This document shows, piece by piece, positions 51,465 through 63,959 of a DNA stretch of 64,000 nucleotides. The first letter of the stretch is position 1, and each line of letters opens with the position of its first letter. The DNA lies in contig CM000154.2 of assembly GCA_000004695.1 (NCBI GenBank), forward strand, positions 1,856,001 through 1,920,000, read 5' to 3'. Position numbers and translations under genes: made by a program. A model generated the notes under the pieces. The model did no database searches. It worked only from the letters and a program-made list of their open reading frames with translations, and was not told where the DNA came from. The DNA comes from Dictyostelium discoideum. Its lineage: Eukaryota.

Positions 51465-51509
<45 letters not shown>

Positions 51510-52187
51510 CAACCATCAAATTTTTCATTATCTTCACCAACAACATCACCAACTAATTCACCATCACAAACCCCATCACCTTGTACAACACCAAATATTT
51601 TTCCAACATCAGTCCCACCATTTTCAATTGCGATTTCAGTAACACCTCCATCTACTCGCCCTGCACCAGTGATTCCAAAAGAAAATACTACACCACCAAC
51701 AGAACCACAATGTCTTACTGTTGAATCAGTAAGAGTTTATAGGTACACTCAATCTCAATATCCAATTTCAACATTAGAATTTGAATTGAAACTTGCAAAA
51801 CTCTCTAAACGTTTATGTGTTGCAGTGGCAGCCTCAACTAGAGATGGAGTTATTTATGATGGTAGAACTGTAGAGTTTTTCGCTCACAATAATGGAAAAC
51901 ATAATGCAACTCCAACCTATAAGGGTTGTAAAACTGCAATTTCAAATGCTAGAACAAAATCACCATACTCTTCACCTTCTTCCTCTTCTACTTCCACTTC
52001 CTCCAACTCCACCTCCTCCTCTTCTCCAAATCCATCAAATTCAATTGTACCTGTTGGTAATCTTATCTCTGTGAAATCTGAAAAGAAAAAACCTAGAACT
52101 AGTTCAAATAGTCCAACTACAAGTCCAAATATTAAAAAATCTCAATTAACTAATAAAAATAATAACAATAATAACTGTAATTCTCAC

Positions 52188-52251
<64 letters not shown>

Positions 52252-52274
52252 GTAATAACAACAATAATAATAAT

Positions 52275-52341
<67 letters not shown>

Positions 52342-52401
52342 GTAATAGTAGTAATAACAACAATAATAACAATAATAGTAATAGTAATAATAGTAATAGT
52401 A

Positions 52402-52472
<71 letters not shown>

Positions 52473-52524
52473 TTTCAAAACAATTTTAATCCAAGTAATA
52501 ACTTGATTTCAAACAATTATAATC

Positions 52525-52567
<43 letters not shown>

Positions 52568-52946
52568 AAACCAAGGTAATAATCAAATGAACCATTCATC
52601 TTCTCCAATACCTTTACCTTCAATACCACCCCACATGTCATCAGATTACCAAGAAAACAATCAAATATGGCAAAATAATTATTCTTCCTCTTCTTATATT
52701 AATGAAATACAATCCCATTGGATTCAAGAACAACAAACTAACTTACTTCCACACCCTATGTATATGTCAAATCAATCACATCATCAATTACCTTTTAATA
52801 ATAATAATAATAATAATAACAATATTCATCAACAAACTCATCAGTTACAAAACTTGCACCCACCAATGAATCATCAACAACAAATTCCTTTTCACCAATA
52901 TACTAGTGGGCAACATCATATGAATAATCAAGAAAGTGATTCCTAA
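49500..52946 (+). CDS. N/Q/S/T-rich putative nuclear protein with two conserved globular islands (about 50520-50860 and about 51640-51960).
   Basis: An 1148 aa ORF. Long (AAT)n/(AAC)n tracts are separated by non-repetitive segments (..GPCGIGCVGSGNVFAVVNKIPQLFTP..GVRIDLYHKPRGSKGTWMPILKGDHIRV.. and ..CLTVESVRVYRYTQSQYPISTLEFELKLAKLSKRLCVAVAASTRDGVIYDGRTVEFFAHNNG..). Confidence 0.6.
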
Positions 52947-53292
52947 AAATAAATAATAAAGAAATAAAATAAATACAACCTTAATTGTAAAAAAAAAAGC
53001 TTTTTTCCAAGAAAATAAAAAAGCCTTTTTTTTTTTTTTTTTTTTTTTCCCATGTAAATAAAAGAAATTATTTATTTCTATTTTTATAAAGAGTTTTTTG
53101 TTTTTTTTTATATTTTTATTTAAAATTATTATTTGAGTTTTTATATTTATTTTTTTTTTTTTTTTTTCTTTTTATTTTTTTATAGTTATTTTTGTTGGAA
53201 TTATTGATAAAACTTTGATGTGTTTGAGAAAAAATTATTTAATTGATTTTTTTTTTCTTTTTTTTTTTTTTTTTTTTTTTTTTTTGTTCTGT

Positions 53293-54102
53293 TTACATAT
53301 TTGCACCTTGTAAAGAATCTCTATTATTTATACTACCAAAAGCTTCTCTACTATTTATACTACCAAAGGCATCTCTACTGTTTACACTACCAAAGGCATC
53401 TCTCATGGCATCAAAATTACGATAAGTGTAACCAATGAAAGGGATATCGAAAGAAGTGATCTTTCTTCTTGATTTTGATTGAACTGGTTGCATTGGTTCA
53501 GGTTGTTGTTCCTCTTCATAGTGATCAAAATTTGAAGTATCGGTTGGTGAAGAGAGTTGTGGAATGATTGGAGGTCTGGTTTCCCTTAGTCTTCTCCAAT
53601 CGACACCTTTAAAGAATGGATGAGATTGAATCTCCTCGACACCATTAAAACCAATACGAGTCATTGGATCGGTGAGGAAACGTTCAATGAGATCTTGTGC
53701 TTCTGGACTTAAGTTTACTTCTGCTTTTGCTTCTTCCATGATTTTTGGTAATGTTTGTTTCCAATTCATAATCTTATGATAGGTTTCTCTAATTGATTCT
53801 GAACAAAATGGTGGATAACCAACCAACATTTCAAACATAATAACACCAACACTCCACCAATCACACTCTGCACTGTAACCATCTTTCATCAATACTTCTG
53901 GTGCAGTATAGTCTGGTGTTCCAACGTTTGAATATGCTAATACTCTTCTCTGTCTTTTCCATGAATCAAATCTAGCTGATCTACTTTGTGGTGTTTGATC
54001 CTCTTCTCTAATATTATTATCACCTTCATATTTTTTATAAATTTCTGCTAATGTTGGTACTCTATTTGTTTGTAAACCTGTACATAATCCAAAATCACTA
54101 AC
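53293..54102 (-). CDS. NDR/LATS-family AGC kinase, exon 5 (activation segment, insert, kinase C-lobe and the hydrophobic motif FIGYTYRNF).
   Basis: ..VSDFGLCTG...[39 protein letters not shown].. Acceptor aaaaaaaaag|GTT at 54103-54104. Confidence 0.8.
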   Translation of the reverse strand, partial: VSDFGLCTGLQTNRVPTLAEIYKKYEGDNNIREEDQTPQSRSARFDSWKRQRRVLAYSNVGTPDYTAPEVLMKDGYSAECDWWSVGVIMFEMLVGYPPFCSESIRETYHKIMNWKQTLPKIMEEAKAEVNLSPEAQDLIERFLTDPMTRIGFNGVEEIQSHPFFKGVDWRRLRETRPPIIPQLSSPTDTSNFDHYEEEQQPEPMQPVQSKSRRKITSFDIPFIGYTYRNFDAMRDAFGSVNSRDAFGSINSREAFGSINNRDSLQGANM

Positions 54103-54200
54103 CTTTTTTTTTATTTAAAAAAAATAAATAAATAAAAAAAATTTTAAAAAAATTAATATTTTAAAAATAAAACTAATAATTAAAAATTTCTAGTATTTTA

Positions 54201-54431
<231 letters not shown>

Positions 54432-54434
54432 CTA

Positions 54435-54470
<36 letters not shown>

Positions 54471-54530
54471 AATATATTAATAAAATTATTAATATATTTT
54501 ATTTATATTTTTTTTTTAAAATATACTTAC

Positions 54531-54626
54531 TTGGAATGAATAATATAAACTAACAATCCATGGATTACTTCCATGAATATTATTACTATCAGCTAAAATA
54601 TCACGTTCACTTCTTACATGTATTGT
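54531..54626 (-). CDS. NDR/LATS-family kinase, exon 3.
   Basis: TIHVRSERDILADSNNIHGSNPWIVSLYYSFQ. Acceptor atatcaag, donor CAA|GTAAGT. Confidence 0.75.
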
Positions 54627-54630
54627 CTTG

Positions 54631-54677
<47 letters not shown>

Positions 54678-55195
54678 AAAGTTGAAGGTTAGCAAATTGG
54701 TTTTTTGATGGAAAAAACTGGTAAAAAAAAAAAAAAGAAAAGAGGGGATTTTTTTTTTTTTTAGAATTTTAATTTTTGATTCGTCAAAAAAAAAAAAAAA
54801 AAAAAAAAAAAGAAAACCCCAAATTTAAAATTCAAAGATTTTGTGTCTTTTCTGAACAAAACGTGCACTGGTGGTTTTTATGATAAATGATTTGATTTTT
54901 TTTTTTTTTTTTTTTGTTATAAGCAAGAAAAGATAAAAAAAAAGCTCGCCAAATAAAACAATAACGATTATTTTTATCCACCTCCTCAAAGTTTCACGAT
55001 TACTAAAAATAATTATGATTACCGAGGAGTGTGATACTATTATTATTTTTTTTTTTTTTTTTTTTTTTTTACTATTGAGTTGAAACTGCAAAAAAAAATA
55101 AAAAATTAAAAAATAAAAAAAAAAAAAATAAAAAAAAAAAGAAATAATAATAATAATAATAATATATAAATGAGGTTAATTATTATTATACATAC

Positions 55196-55440
55196 TTGAT
55201 GCTTTTCAATCATTTTTGATTTATCCAACTTTTTCATTGCGAAAAATTTGTTATTCTTTTTCATCTTTACCAATCTGACCTCACCAAAAGCACCTCTACC
55301 AATGATTCTGATTGATTCAAAAGAGTGACCAGTGAGTCTGATTCTTCTTGATTTAATATACTCTGTTTCTTTTTTATCCAATTCTCTTCTCTTTACTGAT
55401 TTTTGTTCTTCTCTTAAATTTAATTCTTCCATTTTTTTCT
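55196..55440 (-). CDS. NDR/LATS-family kinase, exon 2. The start of this exon is ambiguous.
   Basis: MEELNLREEQKSVKRRELDKKETEYIKSRRIRLTGHSFESIRIIGRGAFGEVRLVKMKKNNKFFAMKKLDKSKMIEKHQ. Donor CAA|GTATGT at 55195. The upstream acceptor (ctttttag at 55441-55442) is 1 nt out of phase with exon 1 (see findings). Confidence 0.6.
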
Positions 55441-55608
55441 CTAAAAAGCATCGTCTATTTTATTATCAATATTTTGGTTGTTTTTTTTTTATTTGTTTCA
55501 AAAAAAGGAAAAAAAAAAAAAAAAAAGAAAAAGAACAAAAAAAAAAAAAATAGAATTATTAATATAATTATAAAAATTATTATTTTAAAACAAATATTAA
55601 ATAATTAC

Positions 55609-55862
55609 CTATCATCTCTTTCTTTTAATGATTTAAAAAGTGATGTATAATATTGTTCAATTGAAACTTTGGTTGCCATGGCAGCCTCTAATGTTTCTTT
55701 TGAAAAGTTTATATCTTCCTCTTCTTCTTCATATTCCTCTTCATCATATTCTTCTTCTTCCTCATCTTCAACTCCTTGATTTGGCTGTTCGCTTTCATCT
55801 TGTTGTTCTTCTTGTTGTTGCTGTTGAAGACTTAAAGATTCTAACTTCCTCTCCACATTCAT
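55609..55862 (-). CDS. NDR/LATS-family kinase, exon 1 (N-terminal regulatory region ..ETLEAAMATKVSIEQYYTSLFKSLKERDD..).
   Basis: Matches the conserved NDR N-terminus (human ..ERVTMTKVTLENFYSNLIAQHEERE). Donor ..GAT AG|GTAATT at 55608. Confidence 0.7.
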
Positions 55863-55970
55863 ATTGAAATATTGACTATTCTTTTTTTTTTTTTTTTTTT
55901 TTTTGACTATTATAATATAGATTTTTTTTTTTTTTTATGATGTTATATTATTATTTTTTTATATTATTTT

Positions 55971-56005
<35 letters not shown>

Positions 56006-56701
56006 GATTATGGTTGATTATACAAAAATAGAAATACAAAAGGAATAAAAAAAGTCTGTTTTTTTTTTTATTTTTTTATTTTTTTTTTTTTTTTTTTAAT
56101 TATAATACAAAATAAAATAAATATGTACAATAGTTGGTTTCTTATTAATTAAATTATAAAAAAAAAAAAAAAAAAAAAAATTTTATTTTTTTTTTTTTAA
56201 AAAAAGAAAAAAAAAAAAAAAAAATCAAAAAAAAAAAAAAAAAAAAAAAAAATAAAAATAAAAAAAATAAAAATAAAAAAAGTAATTTATCATTTTTAAA
56301 GTGTAAATTTTTATAATAATAATCTTTTTTTATATAAATATGAAATATCGAATCTTTGAAATTCAACATCGATTGCATTATTCTTATTTTCTATAATTAA
56401 AAAAATAAAAAAATAAAAAAATAAAAAAATAAAAAAATAAAAAAAATAAATAAAAAAAAAATAAAAAAAATAAAAAAAAATAAAATAAAAAAAAAAAAAA
56501 AATTACAACTATTTAAATCCATTTATTTATAACTAAATAAGTATTTTTTTTTTTTTTTTTTAATCTATTTTTTAATTATCATTATTTATTTTTTTTTTTT
56601 TTTTTTCAAATTATTTTATTTGGGTAATTTTAAAAAAATAAAATTAAAAAAAAAAAAAAATCAACATTTACCATATTTACAAAGGATTTACTATGTTTGG
56701 G

Positions 56702-56738
<37 letters not shown>

Positions 56739-56920
56739 TAATATATTATTATTCAAAAATTTTTTTCATTTTATTTTTTTATTTTTTTTAATTTTTTTAT
56801 TTTTTTTTTGAAATTTTTTTTTTTTTGAAATTTTTAAATTTTCAATTCAAGTGGTGGAGAGAAATAATAATTCAAATAAAATATATTATATGTAAATAAT
56901 TAAAAAAAAAAATAAAAAAA

Positions 56921-58587
56921 ATGTCAGATGTAAGAGATATTTTAGTTGGAGTATCTAGTGCAGTTGGTAATAAAGTTGATAATACATCAACAGCAGTTGA
57001 ATCAATTTTAACAAATTCAAATACAACACCAAAACGACCACCTAAAGATACACCAAAGACAACAATGGAGAAATTACAACAAACTTTAAAGAATTTAGAG
57101 GGAGAAACATTAACATTTGCTCCATCGACTTTAACCAAATCAGGATTAAAAGAAAAAAGAAAAATTAAAACCAATTGGGATAGAAAAGGATTTAGAAACA
57201 ATTCAAGACCAAACAATGATGGTTTAGTATTATATCATTGGGTTAAATCTACAGCCAATGAAAAGGCAACATCAATCGATTATAAATTTTCAAAATTCAA
57301 TAAAAAAATGGAGATATTATTCTATAATGAAGAAGAGTATGATTTATATTTACGTGATGAAAAGTGGTCCAGAGAAGATACTGATCAATTATTAGAATTA
57401 TGTAAAAGATATGATACAAGATTCATTATTATAGCTGATAGATTTGGTGAAAATAATATAAATAATAATAATAACAATACATCAAAAAAAACAGTTGAAG
57501 AATTAAAAGAAAGATATTATAGAATTCAATCTAAATTAATTGAACTTCGTACAAAAGCAGAGGAAGATCCATTTCAAAATCCTTTAACAACTTATATATT
57601 CAATAAAGTTTATGAAACTGAAAGAAAAATACAAAGTGATAAACTTTTTCATCTCTCAAAAGAAGAGGTTGCAGAGGAGGAACAATTGGTTGAAAAATAT
57701 AATAGTATTGAAAATCATCTTTTAAAACATAGTAAAGAGAGTAAATCAATTTTAAAAATATCTCAAATTGCAACTTCAAATGGTCCTTTAAAACATTATT
57801 CACCAAATGATTTATTAAGAGGTAATAATCAATCTTCAAATACAATTTCATCTTCAAATAGTATAAATTCATCTTCTTCATCATCGTCATCATCATCTTT
57901 AAATAAAAAGAATAAAAGAAAACATTCAGAAATTGAAATAACAGAATCAAATAAAGATAAAATAGAATTAAATAATAATAATAATAATGATAGTAATAAT
58001 AGTAATGGTATTGGTGGTAATGAGGAGAATGCACAAATTACAATGAATTCTAGACAAGGTGCTAGAATTGAATCAACATTATTTGATCTTCATATTGGCA
58101 GACCACAAAATAATTTCTCAAAGTTATATTATAATGATTTGAAAGAGGATATTTTAATTTTATTAGATCTTCAAAAATATTTTATGGAAAAACGTTATCA
58201 TTGTGAAATTTTAAAATCACAAAAAGAACATTTAGAGAAAGAAATTGAGGCATTAACTTTAACTATACCTGCTGAAGCTTTAGCATTACATGTTGATGAA
58301 GAAAATGAAACAATTCAAAATAATACAGATTCTGAAACTAGTAGTTCTTCATCAAGTCGTCATCATCATCATTCTTCTTCATCATCATCTTCTTCAAATC
58401 GTCATAATCATCATAGTTATTCACATCATCAAACTCATAGTCATAATAATAATATTATTAATAACAATAATAATAATAATAATATTAATAATAATATTAA
58501 TAATAATAATAATAACAATAATATTAATATTAATAATATTAATAATAATACAATAACGCACCATAATTCAGATAAATCATTATCAGG

Positions 58588-58618
<31 letters not shown>

Positions 58619-60049
58619 TCATCAACAACAACAACAACAACAACAACAACACCATTTCAAATTTATAGTGGATCATTCCCAGAGAAATCAAAAGAAACAA
58701 TTACACCATCAACAGAGAAACCATCATCAAAATCACATAAGAAATCACATAGTGGTGGTGGTAGTCATTCAACAACACCAACCACACCTTCATCAAATAG
58801 TGGTGGTAGTACCACTAATAATACTACTACTATTACAAATATAACTACACCAATAATGAAATCAGTTAATATTGGACCACAATCAAATAATTCACATACA
58901 CCAAATATTATTGCATCACCAATGGGTAGTGTTGGAATTACTTCACCACCAATTGGTGGTAATAGTATTGTTGGAATTAATTCACCACAAATAATACCAA
59001 ATTTATCATCACCACCACCATCATCATCATCATCAATTACATCAGTCTCATCAACTTCACCAACCACTTTAGCTATTAATTCTGAAAAGAAACCAGAAGG
59101 TACAAGTGGAGTTGGAGCATTTGGTAATTTAGATAGTTTTATAACTCAAAGTTTAAATAACTCAATTATTCAACAAAAAGAATTGACAAAGAAATTAGCA
59201 AAAGAGAAAAGACAACAAGAGAAATTAGATAAAAAAGCAGCTGCTAATAGTAAAAAAGAAAAAAAAGAAAAAAAATCATCATCATCATCGTCATCAACAA
59301 CATCTTCAACACCTGCAACACCATCATCAACTTTATCAACTTCAACTCAATTTACTACACCACTTCCACCAACTATGAATATAAATTCACCCCCAATCAA
59401 TTCAATCACTACTGCTGTTACTATACCCACTACAAATAATACTACTACCACCACCACCACCACATTATCTTCACCCACAACAGGTACTGCTGGAACATCA
59501 CCAACAAGTAGTAGTAAAAAAGAGAAAAAACAAACACCAACAAAAGAGAAAAAAGAAAAAAAAGAAAAAAAAGAAAAAGAACCAAAAGAAAAGAAAGAAA
59601 GAAAGAAAAGAGAACCAAAAGCTTCAAAAACTACAACAACAACAACAACACCAACACCAACAGTAAATACACCTATAACAGCATCAACTTTAACACCAAA
59701 CTTATCAACACCACAACAAATTTCAATTACAACACCAATTACAGCATCACCAATGCCAACTCAAATGTTAACACAAGTACCAATGATAGCACCAATTTCA
59801 ATGTCACCAGTTATGACAAGTCCACAATTTACACCACAAATGCAACAACTTTATTTACAACAACAAGCTCAACAACAAGCTCAATTTGTTCAACAACAAC
59901 AATTTTTAATTCAACAACAACAACAACAACTTTTACAACAATCTCAACAACAAGCTCAACAACTTTTACAACAACAACAACAAGCTCAACAACAATTACA
60001 ACAACAACAACAAATTCAATCACCTCAACCTCCTCAACCACCAAATTAA
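56921..60049 (+). CDS. DMAP1/SWC4-family protein (SANT/Myb-like domain). Long low-complexity Ser/Thr/Asn/Gln C-terminal region.
   Basis: Conserved SANT core ..WSREDTDQLLELCKRYDTRFIIIADRF.. and the ..TVEELKERYYRIQSKLIE.. segment typical of DMAP1/Swc4. Confidence 0.75.
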
Positions 60050-60079
60050 TTAAATAAAATCTTTTCTTTTTTCTCTTTT

Positions 60080-61777
60080 TTATTTATAATTTTTATAAAA
60101 AATATTTTTAAAATGATTAAAAATTAAAGTTGAATTTATATTTGATTTTAATTTTGAACAAACTAAATAACAACCAGATAATTTACGATGTAATGAATAA
60201 GTTTCTTCTGGAGGTGGTTTTAATCTATTTTTTAACATTGTTGGTATAAGTTGACTAATTCTTTTTGCAATTTGTTTTTCATTAAATGGATAAGTTTTTA
60301 AATTATTTTCTTTATAATATAATTTTGAAAAAGGTTCAGATAAAATTAAAATTGATTTAGCTTGAGCATCATTCATTTGTTTATTTTCATCACCAGTTAA
60401 ATAACCCAATTTTAAAGAGTATTCTAAAATTTGATTTATATCTCTATTAACACCACCTTCAATTGATTTTAAATAGTTGAATAAAAATTCAGATTTATAA
60501 TTTCTACATGCTCCAAAATCTAGTAAATTAATTCTCTTATTTTCAAAATCAACTACGAAATTGGTCCAATTAGGATCGACTTGCATAAAATTAAATTCAA
60601 ATAATTCTGCTAAACAAAGTGATAAAATATTTTTTGATATCCAATCACGAGTTTCTTGATTATGATTTTCTATTGTAATTTTATCAATTGAAGTACCATG
60701 TACAAATTCTGTAGTTAAAATACGTTTAGTCGTTAATTCCATGATTACATTTGGTACATATAAATCTTTTAAATATTTAAAACTACCATTGGTGCCACTA
60801 TTGATGCTACTCTCTAAAAGTGATTTAAATTTTAATTGATTTGAAGCTTCATTTAAGTAATCAGTTTCTAATAATAATTCAGATCTTGCAGATTCTAATG
60901 ATTTTTCAATGTATGCTGTTTCTGGTACAATCATTTTTAAAAGTGATGATAGATTTTTAATATCACTTGTGATTGAATCGGCTACACCTGGATATTGAAC
61001 TTTGACAGCCACTTCTTTACCATCCAATGTAATGGCTCTATGTACTTGGCCAATTGATGCTGCTGCAATTGGATCATCTTGAAAGAGTTGGAATTTACTA
61101 CGCCAATTCTCACCCAATTCATTTGACATTGTATTATATAATTGTTCTAATGGTATTGGATTTGCATTCTTTCTAACACGATCTAATATCTCTACAAATT
61201 TTGGTGGTAAAAATGATTCATCTTGTATACTTAACACTTGTCCAATCTTTAATGCTGCTCCTCTCATTCTTGAAAATGATTCTGCCATTCTTTCTGCATT
61301 TGTATCTGTAAATATTGCACTATATGATGATGATGGTGATGATGATGACGATGAAGAGTCAATTGTTCTTTTTGTTTTTTCACCTAAAAATCCAGCTCCA
61401 ACACCAACTGCTAATTTTGTAAATTCCCAAAATCTTGATGTTTGACTTGATGGAATCTTATGACCTTTTGATTTTATATAATTTAATTCTGGATTTTTAT
61501 TTTCATTTAAAAAATCTTTTTTTTCATCAAATATTAAATTATCTTCATCATCATCATCATTATCATTATTAATCTTTTTTTCATTTAAATTATCTTTTAA
61601 ATCTTTTAAATCTTTAAATTTATCTTTTAATGATATATTATTATTATTATTATTTAAACTATTTAAATTATTTATAAAAACTGATGATGTTTGTCTAGTT
61701 TTATTTTTCATCATTGATAAAATTACATTTTTACCACCATATGCAACTTGAATTAAATCATTTAATCTTCCTCCCAT
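60080..61777 (-). CDS. COQ8/ADCK (ABC1/aarF-domain) atypical kinase. Probably mitochondrial.
   Basis: ABC1 signatures (..[25 protein letters not shown].. and ..[26 protein letters not shown]..). The likely true start is MGGRLNDL at 61777, because the 5' ORF extension translates a T/A homopolymer as Phe. Confidence 0.8.
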   Translation of the reverse strand: MGGRLNDLIQVAYGGKNVILSMMKNKTRQTSSVFINNLNSLNNNNNNISLKDKFKDLKDLKDNLNEKKINNDNDDDDEDNLIFDEKKDFLNENKNPELNYIKSKGHKIPSSQTSRFWEFTKLAVGVGAGFLGEKTKRTIDSSSSSSSPSSSYSAIFTDTNAERMAESFSRMRGAALKIGQVLSIQDESFLPPKFVEILDRVRKNANPIPLEQLYNTMSNELGENWRSKFQLFQDDPIAAASIGQVHRAITLDGKEVAVKVQYPGVADSITSDIKNLSSLLKMIVPETAYIEKSLESARSELLLETDYLNEASNQLKFKSLLESSINSGTNGSFKYLKDLYVPNVIMELTTKRILTTEFVHGTSIDKITIENHNQETRDWISKNILSLCLAELFEFNFMQVDPNWTNFVVDFENKRINLLDFGACRNYKSEFLFNYLKSIEGGVNRDINQILEYSLKLGYLTGDENKQMNDAQAKSILILSEPFSKLYYKENNLKTYPFNEKQIAKRISQLIPTMLKNRLKPPPEETYSLHRKLSGCYLVCSKLKSNINSTLIFNHFKNIFYKNYK

Positions 61778-62594
61778 CTTTTTATTTTTAATTTCACTTT
61801 TGAAAAAGAAAAAATAAAAAATATAAAAAAAAATAAAAAAAAATGAAAAAAACAAAAAAAACAAAAAAAATAAAAAATGCAAAACCAGATTTTTAATTTT
61901 AATTATTTATTTTAATTTTTTATTTTAATCCTATTTTGGTTTTGATTTTTTTTTTTATTAAACTCAATATTGTAAATTGGAGATAAAAATTTCTTTGATT
62001 TAAATTTTTAATCTTTTAAATAGCAGATGAAAATATATCGTAATTTAGATTCCCCAACCCCACTTTTGTTTTTGAAAATATTAATATTTTTTTTATTTTT
62101 ATTTTTATTTTTATTTTTATTTACTATTTGAATATAAATAAAATCTCTTTTTTTAATATTTATTAAACTTCAATTAGATGATGTTTTTGATTTTTTTTTT
62201 TTTTGTTCTAAAAATAATATCCAATTTCTTATTAAATTATTTATTTTTTTTTTTCTTTAATCACTATTATTATTTTCTTAAATCACTTTTTTTTATTTTT
62301 TTTATTCTATTTTCAAATAATAATAAAAAAAAAAAAAAAAAAAAAAATACTTAACTTTGGTTCTTTTGCCACTAAATTTTAAAAAAGGCCAATATACCGT
62401 TGTAATCAGGAGAGTTTTTTATTATTCATCATTATTTTATACTAGACACCCTACTCTATTGTATACTACAAAACCAATATTGAATATCATTATTGAAAAT
62501 CTGACAACGGTGAATGATCAAAAGTTTAAATTTAAAAATTGATTTTATTCTCAAAAAAAAAAAAAAAAAAAAATTTGTTGGAAATAGCAATCTA

Positions 62595-62658
<64 letters not shown>

Positions 62659-62757
62659 CAAAAAAACTCTTTTTATTTATTTTAATTTATTTTAATTTTT
62701 TTTTTTCACCCAATCTCTAATTTTACAATGTTAAATATTAAATAAATAATTAAACAA

Positions 62758-62791
<34 letters not shown>

Positions 62792-62991
62792 AAGGAAAAA
62801 TCTTTCTCATATACATTGTTAACAATAAAAAAAAAAAAAAAACAATCATTACAAACAACAAAGTTAACTATAATAATATTTTTAGGATCTGTCGTTAGGG
62901 TAAGATCAACAATATAAATATAAAAAATTAAATGTGTGGGGTAATTTGGAATACCACCCACACCTTTTCATTAAAATCAAAAAAACTCTCA

Positions 62992-63023
<32 letters not shown>

Positions 63024-63241
63024 CATATTTGCAGTCTTTTATTGAACTAATATTTCATAAAAATAAAAAACAAAAATAAAATAAAATAAAAAAATAAATA
63101 TATCTTGTTGCTAATTAAAAAAAAAAAAAATTAAAAATTAAAAATAAAAATAAATTAATATTATAAAAAAAAATAAAAATAAAAAATAATAATGATCATT
63201 AATAAATTCATTGTTTTTATTTAAAATTATTTCCATTTTTT

Positions 63242-63273
<32 letters not shown>

Positions 63274-63696
63274 TTTTTCTTTCATTTCCAAAATAAAAGG
63301 TTAGTTTCCCTCTTTTTTAATATTAAATAACTAAAAACATTTTAAAGGCTCAATAAATTTTTTTTTTTTTGATATCAAAAATTAGGTTTCATAATCAAAA
63401 ATTTTTTATTTTTATATTTATTTTTTTTAATTTTTTGAAAAAAAAAAAAAAAAAAAAATTAGAGAAAAACAGATTAGGTGTGATTCAATCTCTCTTATTT
63501 AGATTTATTTTTTTTTTTTTTTTTTTTATTTTTTATTTTTTTTTATTTTTTTTTTTTTTTGTTAGTTAATTAGCAATAATAATAATAATAACAATAATAT
63601 ATTTTTTATTTTAGTTAATTATTATTATTTTTAATTTTTTTTTTATTGTTTTTTTTTTTTTTTTTTCTTTTAATATGAAATTAAAAATAACAACAA

Positions 63697-63714
63697 ACAC
63701 ACACACACACACAA
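63697..63714. repeat. (CA)n microsatellite.
   Basis: acacacacacacacacaa. Confidence 0.8.
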
Positions 63715-63916
63715 TAATTTAATTAAATTTCTAAATTAGTGTAATTTCAAATATATGTTTAAATTCTATATGCATATAATTTAATAATAAAAAAGTATTA
63801 TCGCTCATATAATCACCCCAGAAAAAAAAAGAAAAGAAAAAAAAACACAATTATTTTCATAAAAAAAATTATCAATAAATCCTATTATAGTATATTATTT
63901 GAATTCAATTTAAATT

Positions 63917-63959
<43 letters not shown>

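Noticed and set aside
50208-52478. Minus-strand poly-Ile/Leu/Val/Tyr ORFs (50208-50602, 51219-51552, 52146-52478) and plus-strand poly-Ile ORFs inside the N/Q-rich gene.
   Set aside because: They are antisense or frame-shifted readings of (AAT)n/(AAC)n tracts.
57600-60044. ORFs antisense to, or out of frame with, DMAP1 (57600-58034 minus, 58290-58556, 58765-59067 minus, 59445-59627 minus, 59829-60044 minus).
   Set aside because: They lie entirely within the 1042 aa DMAP1/SWC4 ORF and translate its low-complexity repeats in other frames.
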